Shown here piece after piece: positions 48,423 through 57,740 of a DNA stretch of 64,000 nt. The stretch is from an uncultured Candidatus Saccharibacteria bacterium. Lineage in GTDB: Bacteria; Patescibacteriota; Minisyncoccia; Phycocordibacterales; PALSA-1337. Positions within the stretch are counted from its first letter, which is position 1, and each line of letters begins with the position of its first letter. Both the position numbers and the translations under genes were made by a program. The notes beneath the pieces were generated by a model. That model had not been told where the DNA came from. It ran no database searches and was given only the letters and a program-made list of their open reading frames with translations. The stretch lies in assembly GCA_964645315.1 (NCBI GenBank), contig CAZYBH010000003.1, positions 5,789 to 69,788 on the forward strand. Direction: 5' to 3'.

Positions 48423-48770
48423 TTATTCAATCACAAAATCTAGCTGTTCCTCTGGAATGCCTAATGATCGGCCATAATCGCAGGCATCCTTCCATGTTTC
48501 CTTTTGATTGTACTTAAACTCAAAGACTTTGTCTTTAAATACAGCGATTACATCGTTACCGTTCCAAAAATGCATATACCACTTGCCGGACTTGATATAT
48601 CGAGAAACTTTTTGAATATCATCCTTAGTAACTTTTACTGTATACAAATGCCATCGATCGGCAGGATTCTCATCTTTTGAAATTCTAAGACCACTGATAT
48701 CTAAGTCATTAATAATTCTATTATCTTCAAGACTTTCTTCTACGATTGTGCCCTTATAAGTTATGTTCAT
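48423..48770 (-). CDS. hypothetical protein
   Basis: 115-aa ORF closely coupled to the upstream gene. Confidence 0.75.
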   Translation of the reverse strand: MNITYKGTIVEESLEDNRIINDLDISGLRISKDENPADRWHLYTVKVTKDDIQKVSRYIKSGKWYMHFWNGNDVIAVFKDKVFEFKYNQKETWKDACDYGRSLGIPEEQLDFVIE

Positions 48771-48771
48771 G

Positions 48772-49518
48772 TTATTTATTTAAATTAAAAGTAAAACCAT
48801 TTCTACTCCAAAACCAAAGAGGTGGATGCATATCAATAGGATCAATACCGCTGTTTTTTAGTAAATCTCTCCACCGTTCTGAAATTGCATCTTTTGTTAA
48901 ATTGGTTGCCTCTTCTGGAGAAATTACACCTAGTTTTACTGAGCATTGAGTAATGTGAGTATCGGGTGCAATTTCTATTTGGTCCCGATTATTTAGACCA
49001 ATTTTACCGTAAGTACTTATAATAAATGACCAATAATTAAATATCTTCGGACCAGATAAATAAGGAAATCCTTTCTTATGCTCAACCTTAACAAGCTGTT
49101 TTAAATTAATAAAATCACTGTCTATTGTTTCAAAGAATTTTGTGAACGAACCCCATTCTTCATGAATTGTCTTTGCGATTATTCTCCATGTATTCACGTG
49201 TTTATTAGGTTGAAGTGCAACTTTATATTTCATTAGTGCCTTACGAACCTCATCTTCCGAAGCCTTAGAGACAGCTTTTACATCAAATACAAATCTAGTG
49301 TCGGCGTCATTAAAAGTCTTGAGCGCAGATTCCCATAATTTATAACTATCTCGCTGATAGTTTAAGGCCATTGGTAAAGTAAAATATGCGATTCTAAATT
49401 CTTTGTCTGTATCAGAAAAGTCTGGACTTGAGTCTTCTGGCATAACAGTTTGTCCGAGCTTACCTGATTTAAAAGCATCAATGAGTGTTTTGCAATTTTT
49501 GAGTAAGTCTTTATTCAT
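48772..49518 (-). CDS. HhH-GPD/DNA glycosylase-like protein
   Basis: FPYLSGPKIFNYW...IAPDTHI resembles the HhH plus catalytic Asp motif. Confidence 0.6.
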   Translation of the reverse strand: MNKDLLKNCKTLIDAFKSGKLGQTVMPEDSSPDFSDTDKEFRIAYFTLPMALNYQRDSYKLWESALKTFNDADTRFVFDVKAVSKASEDEVRKALMKYKVALQPNKHVNTWRIIAKTIHEEWGSFTKFFETIDSDFINLKQLVKVEHKKGFPYLSGPKIFNYWSFIISTYGKIGLNNRDQIEIAPDTHITQCSVKLGVISPEEATNLTKDAISERWRDLLKNSGIDPIDMHPPLWFWSRNGFTFNLNK

Positions 49519-49573
49519 TAGTTAATTGCAATTTTATCATTTTTGACTCTTTTTTGCTAAAATAGTAATCACT

Positions 49574-50107
49574 ATGACATTAATCTACATACTCACTGGA
49601 ATCATTGTTGTTATTGGTGTTGTTGTTGGACTTCTGAAAGATAAGTTTGATTTTATAGACGATAAACCAAAATATAACTATAAACGTCGCAATTGGTTTC
49701 TAACTAAAGCTGAACATGAATTTTATGATGCACTTGTGAAAGTGGTCGGTAACGATTACATCATCTTTGCTCAAGTTCATTTACCAACACTTCTTGAACA
49801 TAAGGTCGTAGGACAAAACTGGAATGCAGCATTCAGACATGTGAGTCAAAAGTCTGTAGACTTCGTACTTTGTGACAAAGCGTACATTTCTCCAAAGCTT
49901 GCTATTGAGCTTGATGATAAGTCACATGAAAGGCCTGATCGTGTGGACCGAGATATTGAAGTTGAGCGTATTCTTAAGGGCGCAGGTCTGCCACTTATAA
50001 GGATCCAAAATCATGGAACATTTAATCCTCAAGAGTTAGCTCAAAAGATTAGGATCGCTATAAATCCTAGCGATACTTCGCCATCTCTTTCTCAGTCGGC
50101 CTCGTAA
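49574..50107 (+). CDS. DUF2726 domain protein (N-terminal TM)
   Basis: LTKAE..F, FAQV, SVDFVLCD, AIELDDKSH, GLPLIR. Confidence 0.85.
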   Translation: MTLIYILTGIIVVIGVVVGLLKDKFDFIDDKPKYNYKRRNWFLTKAEHEFYDALVKVVGNDYIIFAQVHLPTLLEHKVVGQNWNAAFRHVSQKSVDFVLCDKAYISPKLAIELDDKSHERPDRVDRDIEVERILKGAGLPLIRIQNHGTFNPQELAQKIRIAINPSDTSPSLSQSAS

Positions 50108-50116
50108 TTCCAAAGA

Positions 50117-50483
50117 AACCCTGCTTGATATTCGGTAGCCAAATATGGGCTTTATTCGTCTTCCAAAAGGTTCCTATTTCTCGTGCAATGTCGAGCATTA
50201 TTATTAAATTTTACTCTATGAAAAAGATTATTTTATCAGTTATAATTATCATATTTACATTTTCAGTATTATTCTTATCATCAGCAGAAGCAAAAAGTCG
50301 AGGAGGAGCGTATTATAAAAGTGCGTCGAGTGGTAGATTTACCACCAAATCATCATACTATAGAAGTCCAAGTACGACTTATAGATCTTATAGACGTTAA
50401 ATAATACATAACCTTGCTTGATATTTGTAGCCAAATATGGGCCTTATTCTCTTTCCAAAAGGTTCCTATTTCTCGTGCAATGT
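50117..50483. repeat. ~75-bp direct repeat (50117-50191 and 50410-50483), att-junction remnants
   Basis: TGCTTGATATT...CCAAAAGGTTCCTATTTCTCGTGCAATGT in both copies. Confidence 0.85.
50218..50400 (+). CDS. small secreted basic protein
   Basis: Signal peptide (…SSAEA) followed by an SASSGRFTT motif. Confidence 0.65.
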   Translation: MKKIILSVIIIIFTFSVLFLSSAEAKSRGGAYYKSASSGRFTTKSSYYRSPSTTYRSYRR

Positions 50484-50573
50484 TGCAAATGAAAAATCGC
50501 ACATCAATAATGCTAGAAGCCATTCTTCTTTCTCATCATCTCCTTTTCAACCCGCATGTTGCCTTGAATTCGT

Positions 50574-50723
50574 TCAAATATTTCTAAGAGATTTTTCCCA
50601 ACCTCTTACAATTTCCAAAGACTGTTCCTCAAGTTCAGCCAGATGTACCAACTTAAGTGGTCGAGATAATTAGGATTCTTTCGCCTTTTCTATTGCCATG
50701 ATTAAAAAATCTGTATCTCTCAT
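50574..50723 (-). pseudogene. internally deleted nucleoside-deaminase-like remnant
   Basis: MRDTDFLIMAIEKAKES* in frame with LSRPLKLVHLAELEEQSLEIVRGWEK; catalytic core absent. Confidence 0.4.
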
Positions 50724-50727
50724 AACT

Positions 50728-51126
50728 TTATTTCTTACACATAACCTCAAGTTTAATTCGATCAGGATCTTCAAAAAACACAGCGTAATATTCACATCCG
50801 TATTCAGAAAAAACTTTAGGTGTGTCGTATAGGGTAGATATTCCTTTTGGTTTCAAAAACTCATTTACAAAACGATCTACTTTTTCTCTTGAATCTAGTC
50901 TAAAGGCAAGATGATTAATGCCAGTATTTTTTCTATGAAATCTGTCTTTGTGAGCTTTGTCTGTTTCAATAATCCAAAAATCGGTACTGCCATTACTAAC
51001 CCCAATATGTTGTGGGCTTTCATCAATAATTTTATATTCGAGATAAGTGAAAAAGTCCTTATAGAATGGTAGTGACAATTTTGCATCAGAAACATTTATA
51101 TGGATGTGGTAAAGAAAGGCTTTCAT
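50728..51126 (-). CDS. VOC/glyoxalase family protein
   Basis: HIHINVSD, GINHLAF, YYAVFFEDPDRIKLEV. Confidence 0.88.
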   Translation of the reverse strand: MKAFLYHIHINVSDAKLSLPFYKDFFTYLEYKIIDESPQHIGVSNGSTDFWIIETDKAHKDRFHRKNTGINHLAFRLDSREKVDRFVNEFLKPKGISTLYDTPKVFSEYGCEYYAVFFEDPDRIKLEVMCKK

Positions 51127-51309
51127 TATATTTATCCTCAAAATCTAATGGCACATTACGCTCATCTTATCACCTCTGACCATTTCCCGCATCTACCGAA
51201 ACGCAATTGTAATTACTGAGGTCAATCAATACTTACAAACAATCTCAACATAACATTAAATTGACATATATTAACATTAATGTTTATATATTTATAGACT
51301 AATCATCAA

Positions 51310-51840
51310 ATGAATAATGACCTGTTCTCAATCGGACTGACAAGAGAAACGGTGGCAAAACTAGCAAAATTGGGAATCTCAACACTTCGCGGTCTAGGGA
51401 CAAGACTCAACGAAAATCTGGACCTAAGCCGAGGAAGTGAGACTTTGGCATCTGGAAGAACGATTTACAAAATACCAAGAATACCCAGTGTATTGATCAA
51501 TCAGCTCAATTTTCACACTGGCGTAAAATCGATTGAAGAACTTCTGGAGTTAAATCCGGAACACAAATTCTTCAATGGCAGACCCGGCTGGCGGATACTC
51601 CTCACTACTGGACTTATCGATCTCGGTTACGACGAAACCCATGGCACCTTTCTCTCAATGGAAAGCTGGGCAATTTTCATTAGAGACCTAAGAGCCTACA
51701 GGTTCTTGATCACATTGGATGGAAGGGGTCAGTTATCGGACAAATTCAAGTCATGGTTCAATCGAGCGATCAAAGGTTATCAATACAATCAAGATAATCG
51801 CAAAAGGACTCTGACTGTAAATCCATTTCCTGTCAAGTGA
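51310..51840 (+). CDS. hypothetical protein (orphan)
   Basis: 176-aa ORF with TTGACA promoter at 51261 and terminator near 51872-51897. Confidence 0.6.
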   Translation: MNNDLFSIGLTRETVAKLAKLGISTLRGLGTRLNENLDLSRGSETLASGRTIYKIPRIPSVLINQLNFHTGVKSIEELLELNPEHKFFNGRPGWRILLTTGLIDLGYDETHGTFLSMESWAIFIRDLRAYRFLITLDGRGQLSDKFKSWFNRAIKGYQYNQDNRKRTLTVNPFPVK

Positions 51841-51936
51841 GAAGGAACTGTCGAATCAGCAGCACCCATCGAAGACCCACTTCGGTGGGTTTTTCGTTAT
51901 TAGAAAAAGTAAAAACAATTATGCTACAATTCCCCT

Positions 51937-52230
51937 ATGAAATCACCTTACTTCCACAGCTTACTTGCAGAAGTCTACATCATGGGCATATCGCTCATTA
52001 TTCATAGCCTCCAAAATCCTAATTCACCTGATACCATCTTTGCCCCTATTCTTGCCCTATCACTCTTTGTATTGTCTGCTTCGATCATGGGTTACCTATT
52101 CCTCGGCAGACCCTTCCAGCTATATCTAGATGGTCACAAAAAAGATGCTGTGACATTTTTTGCAAAAACTGTTTTTGGCTTTGCAGTGCTCACACTTGTT
52201 GCATATTTGGTTGTAAAGATTTGGGGGTAG
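51937..52230 (+). CDS. small membrane protein
   Basis: Three hydrophobic segments; TACAAT-N6-ATG start. Confidence 0.75.
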   Translation: MKSPYFHSLLAEVYIMGISLIIHSLQNPNSPDTIFAPILALSLFVLSASIMGYLFLGRPFQLYLDGHKKDAVTFFAKTVFGFAVLTLVAYLVVKIWG

Positions 52231-52257
52231 TTATTTCGTTAGATCAAAATCAAAAAA

Positions 52258-52656
52258 ATGAATACAGATCCAAGACTTCATCACTATTGTCAAAACATAA
52301 CCCGAGGAAATCTTGACCTTGTTGTCGAGATGTATAAACTTCTAAACTTCAAAGTAGTTTATACACCACCAAATAAAGACTGGATAATGGTTGCTCAAGA
52401 TAATCTCCGGTTTGCAATCCAAATAATTCAAGTCGATGACAAACCTACCGATAATTTAACAGAAAAAATTAAAACTCATATAGCATTAATTTCAGATAAT
52501 CCAGCAAATGTTATTCAAGAGATAAAAATCTGGGCAAATTCAAAAGGTCTAAGATTTAGAGAAGGTGGCTGGTCGCCCATCGAAAGATATTTCGATTTGC
52601 CAGATATTTTTGTTAATTTTGTGGTGGAAATTATGCATACATCAATAGAAGACTAA
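52258..52656 (+). CDS. VOC-like hypothetical protein
   Basis: LHH...HIAL...FVVEI topology. Confidence 0.6.
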   Translation: MNTDPRLHHYCQNITRGNLDLVVEMYKLLNFKVVYTPPNKDWIMVAQDNLRFAIQIIQVDDKPTDNLTEKIKTHIALISDNPANVIQEIKIWANSKGLRFREGGWSPIERYFDLPDIFVNFVVEIMHTSIED

Positions 52657-52724
52657 TACAAAATAAAACACTCGACGCACATTACGCACGTCGAGCGTTC
52701 GAAATTAGTGGGGACAACCAATCC

Positions 52725-53393
52725 CTACTTACCAATCAACCGATCCCAATACTCGATAGTCTTTGGCTCTTTGAGTGCCAGCGAACCGGCTCTGCAGAGC
52801 GGACACTCAATGGTAGTCCAGGTTGGCATGTATTCATCGATGAGCGAGATAATACTGGGACCTCGCATCGACAGCGCCTGCTTACCAGACCGATTGAGGA
52901 TCGTAACTACCATCGGCATCGGTTCGATACCCATTTCGCGAAGAGCTTCGAAGACATTGAGTACACTCCCGCCAGTCGTGATCGTATCTTCGGCGACCAA
53001 GACACGAGCCGACTTGCGAATACGGTGTCTCGGAAACCGCATGGCGGGTTTACCGCCACGACTGCACTTTTCGGCATAGGCGGTGTTGATATGGTGGTGT
53101 GAGTAACTGCATTGTCTGGCAACTTCGTAAGCCAACGTAACTGCGCCCATTGCTGGACCGACGACCCAGTCGATATTATTGAAATCGGTTCCAGCATTAT
53201 GCAGCTTTTCTTGAATATGCCTGACCACATCCTCCAAAATCCGAGGACACTGGGTTACAAGAGTGCTGTTGAAATACCCTCCAGAATGAAGACCGGAACT
53301 CAAGACCACATGAGGCTTAGTCGAGTCTCCATCATGCATCCACATCATTTTTTTGTGGATAAAATAGTCCAACCACGTTTTACTGTCAGCCAT
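52725..53393 (-). CDS. pyrE: orotate phosphoribosyltransferase-like
   Basis: HVVLSSGLHSGGYF, VGPAMG, VLVAEDTITTGGS, C-terminal CPLC. Confidence 0.8.
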   Translation of the reverse strand: MADSKTWLDYFIHKKMMWMHDGDSTKPHVVLSSGLHSGGYFNSTLVTQCPRILEDVVRHIQEKLHNAGTDFNNIDWVVGPAMGAVTLAYEVARQCSYSHHHINTAYAEKCSRGGKPAMRFPRHRIRKSARVLVAEDTITTGGSVLNVFEALREMGIEPMPMVVTILNRSGKQALSMRGPSIISLIDEYMPTWTTIECPLCRAGSLALKEPKTIEYWDRLIGK

Positions 53394-53525
53394 TTGATTC
53401 CTTTCTCAATTTCCATTTTTAGCGTATAATAAAAATGAGTGGATGTAAAGTCTGATCAAAACAAAAACATCCCCGCCAACCTTGCGGTAGCGGGGACGCT
53501 GCGTTTTGTTCGAAATTTCGAACAT

Positions 53526-55379
53526 TCAAATCAGATCGGATGACGATTCGGCACCGAGCCGTTCGCGATCTTTGTTTCGTAGTCTGACATAGGCACCACC
53601 AAGAGCCATCAACTCTGCATGTGTGCCCTGCTCAACCACTTTACCCTTGCCCATTACGATCACCTGATCGCAACGTTCAGCGCGCGAGACATGATGCGTG
53701 ATCATGATAACCGTCACACCTGTAAGGGCGAAGACGGCATCGATGACCTTTTGAGCCGATACAGGATCGAGTTTGGCGTCAGGTTCATCCAAGATAAGGA
53801 CTGGTGTCCTGCGGTAATGGACTCGAGCAAGAGCCAAGCGTTGCTTTTGTCCGCCCGAGAATTCGCGACCACCAAACTCAGTTCCAATCTGAGCATTCAG
53901 CCCCTTCTCATCTTCGTCCACAACCTCATCGAAGTTAGCGAACTTACATGAATTGAGTACCCTCTCAGTGTTGATCGGCTCTCCAAGTCTCGATGAAGCT
54001 ATCTCCTCCCCAACCAATCTTGAAAGTACGACGTATTCTTGACTCAAGGCCGAAACGACCCGATTCCAATCTTCGGGTCGGATATTTCTCAAGTCGACAC
54101 CGCCCGCCGAAATGGAACCACTCGTTGGATCGTAGTGTCTCATGAATAATGAAACCAGGGTCGATTTGCCTGCACCACTAGTACCGACTATCGCCACCTT
54201 AGATCCCGGCTCAATCGTGAAGCTGACATCTTTCAATATCTTAGCCTCACTACCTGGGTATGTAAAGCAGACCTTATCAAATCTGATCGTCGGTATAACC
54301 GATGGATCCGGATTGACAGGATACTCTGTCTTCAACAATGGCTTCATGCCGAGGAAGTCCTCCTCAATGAGGATTACACCTTTGGCACTATTCCACTGTT
54401 CGGCAATCGTCGAAACGATAGACTCCAAGTTTCCTTGGAAAGTCTTGGCAGAAGCGATGATGATGGTCAAAGTACCGATCCCAACCGAATGTGTTATCGT
54501 CGACCAGACCGCCAATGCAACTACAAAACAGAGACCGAGCACAGCCACAAGATGAGCGAACATCTTATTCCGTATACTGGTCTTGCGTAGCTTGTCATAG
54601 TTGTCGAGCACTTCTCCAACATTAATGTCGATCTCCTTGAGAAGAGGTGACATTTGGTTGAAAGTCCGTGCCTGAATGAATGCCCTATCGTCTCCGCGGA
54701 ATGGTTGTTCAAGAACAGAGCGCTTCTTATGTAGAGGTACTTGCTCTTGAAATAACGTCCACCACTTAGATACAAGGTCGAATTCGACAATCATCATCGG
54801 TATGCCGACAAGAACCAAGATGAAAGCGTAGATCGGTTTGTACCAGAGTAGAGCTGTTCCGAAGAGTACAAATGAAACCATGGTTACGAACAAGTTGAAA
54901 AGCTCATCCGAAAACCAAATTCTTGTCTGCCAGGACGTCGGCAACTCCTGAATTCTCCTTTCCAAATCGTCAAACTCTTTGCTCCTGATTCTGGCTATAT
55001 CGAGAGTCGATCGGAGAAATGTCAGTTCCCTTTGATTGGCAAAACGCAATTTGTGATTCCACTTATTGCGAAAATACCATTTCAATGGGCCGAACAACTC
55101 ACCGAATATCGTCACAACACTCCAAAACACGACTGGAGCGACAAGTCCGGAAGTGAGAATATCGACCACTTGTCGATAGTTGTCAACCTTTCCGAGTTCT
55201 TTCTGCACACCATTGATAATGATACCAGTCGACTGAATGCCGAGGTACATAACAACGGTCGTCGCCAAGGAGATCATGATACGCGCAAAGGTATCACCCT
55301 TACTATTCCTCCAGCAAAATCCGAAGGAGTACCGAGTCGCCTTGAGTATCGTCGTTATCGTTTCCCTAATTTTCTTCAC
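53526..55379 (-). CDS. ABC transporter ATP-binding/permease
   Basis: TM domain plus GTSGAGKST, FSGGQKQR, LILDEP. Confidence 0.92.
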   Translation of the reverse strand: MKKIRETITTILKATRYSFGFCWRNSKGDTFARIMISLATTVVMYLGIQSTGIIINGVQKELGKVDNYRQVVDILTSGLVAPVVFWSVVTIFGELFGPLKWYFRNKWNHKLRFANQRELTFLRSTLDIARIRSKEFDDLERRIQELPTSWQTRIWFSDELFNLFVTMVSFVLFGTALLWYKPIYAFILVLVGIPMMIVEFDLVSKWWTLFQEQVPLHKKRSVLEQPFRGDDRAFIQARTFNQMSPLLKEIDINVGEVLDNYDKLRKTSIRNKMFAHLVAVLGLCFVVALAVWSTITHSVGIGTLTIIIASAKTFQGNLESIVSTIAEQWNSAKGVILIEEDFLGMKPLLKTEYPVNPDPSVIPTIRFDKVCFTYPGSEAKILKDVSFTIEPGSKVAIVGTSGAGKSTLVSLFMRHYDPTSGSISAGGVDLRNIRPEDWNRVVSALSQEYVVLSRLVGEEIASSRLGEPINTERVLNSCKFANFDEVVDEDEKGLNAQIGTEFGGREFSGGQKQRLALARVHYRRTPVLILDEPDAKLDPVSAQKVIDAVFALTGVTVIMITHHVSRAERCDQVIVMGKGKVVEQGTHAELMALGGAYVRLRNKDRERLGAESSSDLI

Positions 55380-55576
55380 TTTCTTTTCCCTTTCTGGTTT
55401 CGTTGGTTCTTAGTTATCTAGTCTCAAAAACTTAGATCTGATTTGAATTGACAAAGAGCAGATTGCTGTTGTCACGAAATCAGGATACTTGCACCATTAT
55501 ATCAGCTTGTTGACATACCGTCAAATGTGGTTTTTGTGTAATTATTCAATATATAAATCTTTGATATAATAACCCC

Positions 55577-56146
55577 ATGCCCATATATGTCCCAAAACAA
55601 ATAGTAGAAATAAAACCAAGTAAGAAAGCACCTCTTTTTTTCCTAGCGGGACCGATCCGTGGCGGAGGTGATTGGCAAACAAAGATGGCGAGAATAATCT
55701 TGGATAAAGTTCCAGATGCAAACATCGCCTGCCCTGCTCGATGGGATGCCGATCATCCACTTGCACAATATTTCTACAAACCTTTTTCTCAAGCAGACAA
55801 TCGTCAATTGGTCTGGGAAAGACACTATCTCAAACAAGCAGGAATTGAACCAAATGTACCAGGCTGTATCATTTTTTGGCTGGGTCAAGAAAGTAAGACG
55901 AATCCTCATCCAGGTCCAGAATCATATGCCATGGACACTCGTCGAGAGATCGGTAAGTTCACCGCCTTTGCCGAAATGATGAAAACAAGAATGGTTGTCG
56001 GTGGTGATCGAACTTTCCATGGTCTCGATGTAATTCTTTTCGAATTAAGCGAAGCGTACAAAAAACCTTTTCCTTTCTATGAGACTATGGATGAAACGGT
56101 AGACGCTGCAATAAAACTTGTAAATGAGAACCCTTCTAATGACTAG
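55577..56146 (+). CDS. nucleoside 2-deoxyribosyltransferase-like protein
   Basis: FFLAGPIRGGGDWQ, QLVWE, IIFW, TRREIG. Confidence 0.75.
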   Translation: MPIYVPKQIVEIKPSKKAPLFFLAGPIRGGGDWQTKMARIILDKVPDANIACPARWDADHPLAQYFYKPFSQADNRQLVWERHYLKQAGIEPNVPGCIIFWLGQESKTNPHPGPESYAMDTRREIGKFTAFAEMMKTRMVVGGDRTFHGLDVILFELSEAYKKPFPFYETMDETVDAAIKLVNENPSND

Positions 56147-56535
56147 ACATTTTTGAAAAAAAGTCGTAACATAATCATCGGATGAAGTTGGCCAGCCTTG
56201 ATAGAAGAGAAAGCGATCTGGAACAATAGAAGACCATCGCCGATGACTGGACTATAAGATGGCAACCCTTCTACCAGAAATTCTCTTTCACTAAGGATAA
56301 GTGATCAAGTCGTTCATGATCACACGTCCTCTGTCCTTGTGGCAAAAACTGGGGCAGTAGGTTTAGTGAGGCAATCGGCTGCCTGAAAAAGAACAATAGA
56401 TCACGGCAAAGTTTCGGGACAAGACACAGTAGCTATCGCCCATGTCGAAAATGACTGTGCCAGACAACACCCGACACCTCGTCGGCGCATCCTGTTCAGT
56501 AAATGACATTGTTCGGAGGTATGCCAACCTCTCCA

Positions 56536-56573
56536 ACCCTCGGAAGTCACGGGACTTCCGAGGGTGCTTTTTT
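56536..56573 (+). terminator. intrinsic terminator
   Basis: ACCCTCGGAAGTC-acgg-GACTTCCGAGGGT followed by a T run. Confidence 0.8.
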
Positions 56574-57151
56574 TATAATAGACTTATACAAACCTGAAAT
56601 GCCTCCGTGCTGTTTTCAAAATATTGATAATTAAACTTTGTTGCCTCTTCAATATAATGAGGTCTTTCAGTATAAAAGAAATTTTTTGCTTCGAGAGTTT
56701 GAAGCTCTAAAGTATTTCCCCATCGAGGATCTTTAATATTTCTACTTAGTGTTTCTTCAAATGTTGAGCCGATCAAGACTATGCAAGGACAATCGAAAGC
56801 TCCGCGTATCAAATGTGGCAAAAGATTTACACATTCGAAAATAACAGGCTTTGTCTCATCCCTGTACTTTGAAATTTCTTCCAAGAATGCCGGCCACAAA
56901 CCCTCCGATTGCAAAACCAAATTATTCCATAAATCTGCCTCACTTGTATTTTTGAAGTACTCTTCTTCATCTTGTTCTAAATAAAAATTGGTCCATTTCT
57001 TATACTTTTCATCTTTGGCAAGCTCTTCTCGAACATCATCAAAGGAGACAACTATTGCTCCAGCTTTTTGAGCAACAGCATTTGCAAGATATGATTTGCC
57101 AGATGTAGGTATTCCTGTATTAAATAATCTTTTGCCTTTATGGTTCATCAC
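56573..57151 (-). CDS. P-loop kinase-like protein
   Basis: GIPTSGKS Walker A. Confidence 0.75.
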   Translation of the reverse strand: MMNHKGKRLFNTGIPTSGKSYLANAVAQKAGAIVVSFDDVREELAKDEKYKKWTNFYLEQDEEEYFKNTSEADLWNNLVLQSEGLWPAFLEEISKYRDETKPVIFECVNLLPHLIRGAFDCPCIVLIGSTFEETLSRNIKDPRWGNTLELQTLEAKNFFYTERPHYIEEATKFNYQYFENSTEAFQVCISLL

Positions 57152-57185
57152 AATGAGTATAGCACTATTAATTTACCATTTACCC

Positions 57186-57548
57186 CTACCTCCCCTCCAC
57201 AAACTTGAGTGAAATAGAATTGACACAATGGCGAATGTTTTTGTCCGTCAATTGCTCGCCCACAAATACATGCCCCAAATGCCCGCCACAATTGGCACAA
57301 GTGATCTCCGTCCGCTTCCCATCCACATCTGGAGTGCGCACAACCGCACCCTCTATCTCATCATCGAAACTCGGCCACCCGCAACTGCTTTCAAATTTGT
57401 CTTTGGAATTATATAGCGGTGCGTTGCACTGCCTGCAAACATACACGCCATGAGCTTTATTATTGACATACTCACCCGTAAAAGGCGCCTCAGTGCCTTT
57501 GTCGATAATCACGCGCTTTTCTTCGGGGGTTAGGGGGTTGAGATTCAT
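57186..57548 (-). CDS. msrB: peptide-methionine (R)-S-oxide reductase
   Basis: [26 protein letters not shown]. Confidence 0.95.
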   Translation of the reverse strand: MNLNPLTPEEKRVIIDKGTEAPFTGEYVNNKAHGVYVCRQCNAPLYNSKDKFESSCGWPSFDDEIEGAVVRTPDVDGKRTEITCANCGGHLGHVFVGEQLTDKNIRHCVNSISLKFVEGR

Positions 57549-57636
57549 AGGGTTATGATAACATTTTTTGTTAAAATATGATTCTTTGAAAACATATTAT
57601 GCGTCATATAATCACCAAGATATACACATTTTTACC

Positions 57637-57740
57637 TTGACAAATGCATATTTATAGGTATATACTCTATCTATAAGTTATTGCAGAATACTTGTACCAA
57701 AAGAGCGTGTCCTAGGTCTAGGGCCCGCTCTTTTGGTTTT
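57637..57740 (+). ncRNA. promoter plus candidate small hairpin RNA convergent on DUF3800 gene
   Basis: TTGACA-18-TATACT, then ACCAAAAGAGCG...CGCTCTTTTGGT stem and U-tract. Confidence 0.5.

Larger units (their letters stand above)
37989..50196. mobile_element. tRNA-Asn-integrated element (~12.2 kb) with large serine recombinase and defence cargo
   Basis: Recombinase ends inside the tRNA; shared GAGC core at 37989 and 50193; rejoining restores an in-frame recombinase tail. Confidence 0.75.

Noticed and set aside
1140-56189. 13-bp match ATCGGATGAAGTT at 1140 and 56177
   Set aside because: A single short match with no extension, compatible with chance.
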